A stretch of 64,000 nt of DNA. Source: Candidatus Staskawiczbacteria bacterium RIFOXYB1_FULL_38_37. GTDB taxonomy: Bacteria > Patescibacteriota > Minisyncoccia > Minisyncoccales > Staskawiczbacteraceae. The stretch spans positions 9,437 to 73,436 of the forward strand of contig MHPK01000003.1 of the NCBI GenBank assembly GCA_001822075.1, read 5' to 3'. How positions within the stretch are numbered: the first letter of the stretch is position 1; every line of letters starts with the position of its first letter. Shown piece after piece: positions 60,410 to 64,000 of the stretch. Under the pieces are notes generated by a model. It ran no database searches, was not told the DNA's origin, and saw only the letters and a list, made by a program, of their open reading frames with translations. A program made the position numbers and the translations under genes.

Positions 60410-61825
60410 CTAAACAACATCCTTTGCGCAGCGAAAACCGAGATTGTCGTATTTTTTGTCGGCGAGTTCGAACTGCTTGTAAAAACATTGGGCAGTTTTT
60501 TCGTTGTCTGACCATGAGCCGCCCTTTATAATATAGGATTTTTTTTCATCGTCTGGGGTATCTGTCCATTCCCAAACATTTCCCGCCATATCGTATAAAC
60601 CATAATAACTTCTGCCCAAAAGATATTTTTCAACAGGGGTAGCGCCCTTATTTTTTCTCAATATATTGCAAAAATTAACGTCAAAATTATTGCCCCATGG
60701 ATATAATCTTTTGTCGGTTCCTCTTGCCGCCTTTTCCCATTCTTCCTCTGTGGGCAATCTTTTGCCGGCCCATAAGGCATAGGCTTCAGCATCGTACCAT
60801 GAAATATTATAAACCGGATGCTTTTCTTCGCCTTTTCGCGGACTTCCATTTTTCCAATGCTCCGGAAAATGATATCCGCTTGCTTTGATAAATTTTTGGT
60901 AATCTCCGTTAGTTACTGGCGTTTTATCTATTAAAAACGAATCCAAAAATATTTTTTTAGCGTTCGGTTCTTCACCAGAATAAAAATATCCACCTGGAAT
61001 TAACTGCATGTCAGCTGGAAATATTTTTTTATCGTTATTGTTTTTTTGTTCTGAATAAATGGTTTTTTCCCAAAGAAGCAGAAAGAGAGATAAATACGTT
61101 TGTCTTATTGTTTCATCGGAAATCATAAGACCTTTTTGATCCTGGGAATTCCATGAAAACATAAATAAAAATTTGTCAGAAATCAAAAGTCCGTTTGAAA
61201 AGGGATAATCACTTTTTTCTAAAAATTTTACTTTTATTGACTGTCGGTTCCACGCATTATTTTTTGCAGGATTTTCGTCTTTTGGAACCAATGTGTACAG
61301 GGTTATTTTTCTTTTCGCCAATTCTTTTAAAAAAGAATTAAAGAATTTTTTCCCGTAAATATTATACGGGTCGTCAACGCTGGCTATTAAATACATTTTT
61401 GATTTTGAACTATCAATGGCTTTATACATCATTTGCCTTAAAGATAGGGAAGTGCTGAGAGTTTCCACAGAAAGAAGATTGTCATCCGGTTGTATTTTTT
61501 TATTAAGCGAGAGCCCTTGAAGCTGTTTTTGTATCTCGGATATTTGTTTTTGTTTTTCCATAAGCATTCCGTTTATTTCCTCTAAGGACACGGAATTAAA
61601 CAGTTGCTTCTTTCCAGAAATATTTTCTTTTTGCAGAACATTTTTTTCTATCAGCTGGTTTATAATTTGATAGACAGCAGCCCTGTTTATATTTAGCTCC
61701 TTGGCAATGGTTGAAGCGGGAAGCGGGCCATCAAAAAAACAGAGAGCATAAACATCTCTTTCCTTTCCGCGCAGGCCAAGAATATTTGAAAGATTTTCTA
61801 ATTGTTGGTTTTTATTAACTGCCAT
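60410..61825 (-). CDS. TrmB-like winged-HTH regulator fused to a formylglycine-generating-enzyme (FGE/SUMF1) domain
   Basis: N-terminal ASTIAKELNINRAAVYQIINQLIEKNVL; C-terminal PVTNGDYQKF, RLPTEEEWEKAARG, GNVWEWT, FRC. Confidence 0.75.
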   Translation of the reverse strand: MAVNKNQQLENLSNILGLRGKERDVYALCFFDGPLPASTIAKELNINRAAVYQIINQLIEKNVLQKENISGKKQLFNSVSLEEINGMLMEKQKQISEIQKQLQGLSLNKKIQPDDNLLSVETLSTSLSLRQMMYKAIDSSKSKMYLIASVDDPYNIYGKKFFNSFLKELAKRKITLYTLVPKDENPAKNNAWNRQSIKVKFLEKSDYPFSNGLLISDKFLFMFSWNSQDQKGLMISDETIRQTYLSLFLLLWEKTIYSEQKNNNDKKIFPADMQLIPGGYFYSGEEPNAKKIFLDSFLIDKTPVTNGDYQKFIKASGYHFPEHWKNGSPRKGEEKHPVYNISWYDAEAYALWAGKRLPTEEEWEKAARGTDKRLYPWGNNFDVNFCNILRKNKGATPVEKYLLGRSYYGLYDMAGNVWEWTDTPDDEKKSYIIKGGSWSDNEKTAQCFYKQFELADKKYDNLGFRCAKDVV

Positions 61826-61942
61826 AAAGCAATTCTATTCTTTATTATAATATATACCTTATTTTTTGGCTAGTGTCAAGAAAGTCAAGATTGTTGTCGC
61901 AACTCTTGACAACACTTTATATTTAATATAACCTTAAATAAT

Positions 61943-62332
61943 ATGAAGCGAGGGGTTAATATTATTATAACCAATAATCAGGGGAAAATTCTTATTTTAA
62001 GAAGAAGCCCAAAAGAAAAGTTTTTTCCGGGGCTTTGGGATTTGCCTGGGGGCAAGGTAGAAAATGGCGAAACTTTAGGGGAAGCCGCAGAAAGAGAGAC
62101 AAAAGAAGAAAGCGGGTTGGCGATAAGTCTAGAACAAAAATATTTTTATATTTTTCACTGCCAAGACAGAGAACTTAATATCTACGGATTCAAAGCGCGC
62201 TCAACTTTTGGCGACATATCACTAAGCAACGAACATTCAGATTTTAAATGGATTTTTAAAGACGAATATAAAAGTTTTGAATATACTCCGAGCGTAAAGA
62301 CAACAATTGAAGAATTCTTTTTTAAAAAATAA
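61943..62332 (+). CDS. Nudix hydrolase
   Basis: Nudix box GGKVENGETLGEAAERETKEESGL. Confidence 0.85.
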   Translation: MKRGVNIIITNNQGKILILRRSPKEKFFPGLWDLPGGKVENGETLGEAAERETKEESGLAISLEQKYFYIFHCQDRELNIYGFKARSTFGDISLSNEHSDFKWIFKDEYKSFEYTPSVKTTIEEFFFKK

Positions 62333-62363
62333 TTGATAAATTAGTAAACGCAAAAAATATAAA

Positions 62364-62921
62364 ATGGAGAACAATAACATAGAAACTGAATTGAAATTCC
62401 TTCTTTTGGAATTTCCGGAATTATTTCTTAATAAATTCAACGGCTCGGGAAAAAGAGTTTATCAAAAAACTGTTATGTTTGATAATAAACAAGAATTAAT
62501 GCAAAAAACCAATGGAAGGATAAGATTACGACAAGATGATGACATAACTACTTTATCGTATAAATTACCAATACCCTCCGATACTGTTAAAAAAGAGATT
62601 GAATGGGAGACTAAAATTGATAATTGGCAAGTGGGGGAAGAACTACTTAAAGCAATGGGTTTTGAAGAATCCACTTCTTATGAAAAATATAGGACAAGTT
62701 TTAGATATAAGGATTCGAAAATAGAAGTTGACGAATATCCGTTTGCTAATTTTGTTGAAATTGAAGGCGATGAAGATAGTGTTAAAAAAATCGCGTTAGA
62801 TTTAGGATTTGATCTTGCAAAGGCGCTTATTAAACCATGCGACACACTATTTAATGAATGGAGGGCAAAAAAAGGTCTTTTGTCAACTAATAAAATGTTT
62901 TTTTCAAATTATGACAAATAA
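62364..62921 (+). CDS. CYTH-domain protein
   Basis: ETELKF (ExExK), RIRLRQ...TLSYK, VDEYPFANFVEIEG. Confidence 0.7.
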   Translation: MENNNIETELKFLLLEFPELFLNKFNGSGKRVYQKTVMFDNKQELMQKTNGRIRLRQDDDITTLSYKLPIPSDTVKKEIEWETKIDNWQVGEELLKAMGFEESTSYEKYRTSFRYKDSKIEVDEYPFANFVEIEGDEDSVKKIALDLGFDLAKALIKPCDTLFNEWRAKKGLLSTNKMFFSNYDK

Positions 62922-63507
62922 AGAACAAGCAATTAACAAAATTTCTGAAATTCTTTATGGCTATTTAAAAATACCATTAAGCGATGAATTTAAAGATACT
63001 CCTAAGAGAATTATTTCTGCTTGGGAAGAGTTTTGTTCTCTTGAGCCAGACAAAATTGATAAAGAGATAGAAAAAATTACTGAAACTGTTTTTAAGACAG
63101 ATAATGGTGGAATGATAATTGTTTCGCCACTAACCGTCACTGCCTTGTGCGCCCATCATCTTTTTCCCATCTCTTACCAGATATCATTTGGCTATATACC
63201 GAGAAAAAATAAAAATACATTTATAGCAATTGGATTAAGCAAAATTTTGGAAGTCATTCAGTTAATAGCTAGAAAAAGGCCTCATGGACAGGAGAATTTT
63301 ACAAAATCAATTGTAAATGTTTTTGAAAAAGCTCTTAATCCTCAAGGAATGGGTATTATTGTTTTAGGAGTTCATGAATGCATTCGTTGTCGAAAAAATA
63401 ATGGCTTTAAAACAATAACGACTTCAATGCAAGGAAGTTTTACAAACCTAAAAACAAGGATGGAATTTTTAGAATTATTGAAAAAAAATGACGTGGGCAT
63501 TGTCTAA
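62911..63507 (+). CDS. folE: GTP cyclohydrolase I-like (tunnel-fold, FolE family)
   Basis: DTPKRI, ALCAHHLFP (CEHH variant), GLSKI, GVHECIRCR; ATG 62911 is aa 35 of the track ORF and overlaps the CYTH gene by 11 nt. Confidence 0.7.
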   Translation: MTNKEQAINKISEILYGYLKIPLSDEFKDTPKRIISAWEEFCSLEPDKIDKEIEKITETVFKTDNGGMIIVSPLTVTALCAHHLFPISYQISFGYIPRKNKNTFIAIGLSKILEVIQLIARKRPHGQENFTKSIVNVFEKALNPQGMGIIVLGVHECIRCRKNNGFKTITTSMQGSFTNLKTRMEFLELLKKNDVGIV

Positions 63508-63564
63508 TAGGTAAGATGCCAACTTTCCAAGTTGGAGATGGAGGTTCAAGTCCTCTTGCCCGCT
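63493..63564 (+). tRNA. tRNA-Gly (TCC)
   Basis: Acceptor GTGGGCA/TGCCCGC, D-arm GTCT-AATAGGTA-AGAT, anticodon arm CCAAC-TTTCCAA-GTTGG, T-arm GGAGG-TTCAAGT-CCTCT, discriminator T. Confidence 0.85.
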
Positions 63565-63571
63565 CTTTCTT

Positions 63572-64000
63572 ATGAATAATCTTTGGATGAAAATTGAACC
63601 CAACTTGGCGAAAAATTGGCATACGAGATATACTATTAAGGCCTTAACTTATGGAGACTATGATACTGCAATAGCTGTTTTTTGTCCTTCATATAAAAAG
63701 GATGGAGAAATTGGTTTTAGACGGAAAATTGGAGAAAGTACAAAAGAATGGCTTACTTTTATGAGAGGTTTGTCCGTAGAGAATAAAATTTTGCTTTATT
63801 GGGATTTATGTTTAGAGAATTGGGAAAAATTGACAGATAACGACATGGAATATCTTGATGATTGTTGGCAAGATTTCAAAAAGAACAGTGGAGATTTTTT
63901 AACAGTTTTTCGATTATCTGATTTCGAAGAATTTGTTGAAAAAATCACACAAGAAGGGAAAATAGCAAAAATTCCTGAAAAATATGAAAAATCACTAATG
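63572..64000 (+). CDS. hypothetical protein, 3'-truncated by the window end
   Basis: Own reading: ATG 63572, open to the window edge (143 codons): MNNLWMKIEPNLAKNWHTRYTIKALTYGDYDTAIAVF... Confidence 0.45.
   Translation, partial: MNNLWMKIEPNLAKNWHTRYTIKALTYGDYDTAIAVFCPSYKKDGEIGFRRKIGESTKEWLTFMRGLSVENKILLYWDLCLENWEKLTDNDMEYLDDCWQDFKKNSGDFLTVFRLSDFEEFVEKITQEGKIAKIPEKYEKSLM

Overview
AT-rich bacterial window with short, tightly packed genes. The gene content looks like a Patescibacteria/CPR (Parcubacteria-like) genome; this is inference only, since no search was possible. It includes DUF5667-like secreted proteins, extended ribosomal proteins, a TGS-less ThrRS and tRNAs without encoded CCA.

Core genes recognised by motifs:
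- sufS, a P1B-type metal ATPase, and a dTTP-synthesis block (dCMP deaminase, tmk, tandem thyX)
- gatB, miaA, a miaB-like gene, thrS, dnaE, rnhB
- rpmF-nusB-rnc-rpsP, a KH protein, trmD, tRNA-Tyr, tRNA-Thr, rpmG
- a histidine kinase with two receivers, an acyl-CoA ligase, maf, ldcA, hisI, folE and tRNA-Gly

Accessory or mobile content:
- a phage/plasmid-like module at 0.4-3.3 kb (ATGA-coupled micro-ORFs plus a ParB-methylase)
- a tyrosine recombinase next to an MNT/HEPN pair (9.5-11.3 kb)
- a 2062-aa SpvB/FG-GAP/RHS toxin with a small membrane immunity candidate (41.8-48.3 kb)
- a RayT/IS200-like Y1 transposase between 23-bp inverted repeats
- an IS481-like element
- a GC-richer island (55.5-57.7 kb) with a duplicated promoter/operator and long leaders

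Most unusual observations:
- Short GC-rich palindromes sit in frame inside thrS, rnhB, rpsP and trmD. An identical 26-mer in rnhB and rpsP encodes GGVSDTPP.
- Twin near-leaderless paralog genes, each preceded by degenerate pyrimidine repeats, bracket a nucleotide-metabolism cassette.
- ~75-nt heptad-repeat elements sit directly upstream of trmD and rpmG.
- Several promoter/terminator-bounded structured RNA candidates are present.

All calls rest on reading the sequence and on motif knowledge. Non-coding coordinates may be off by 1-2 nt.
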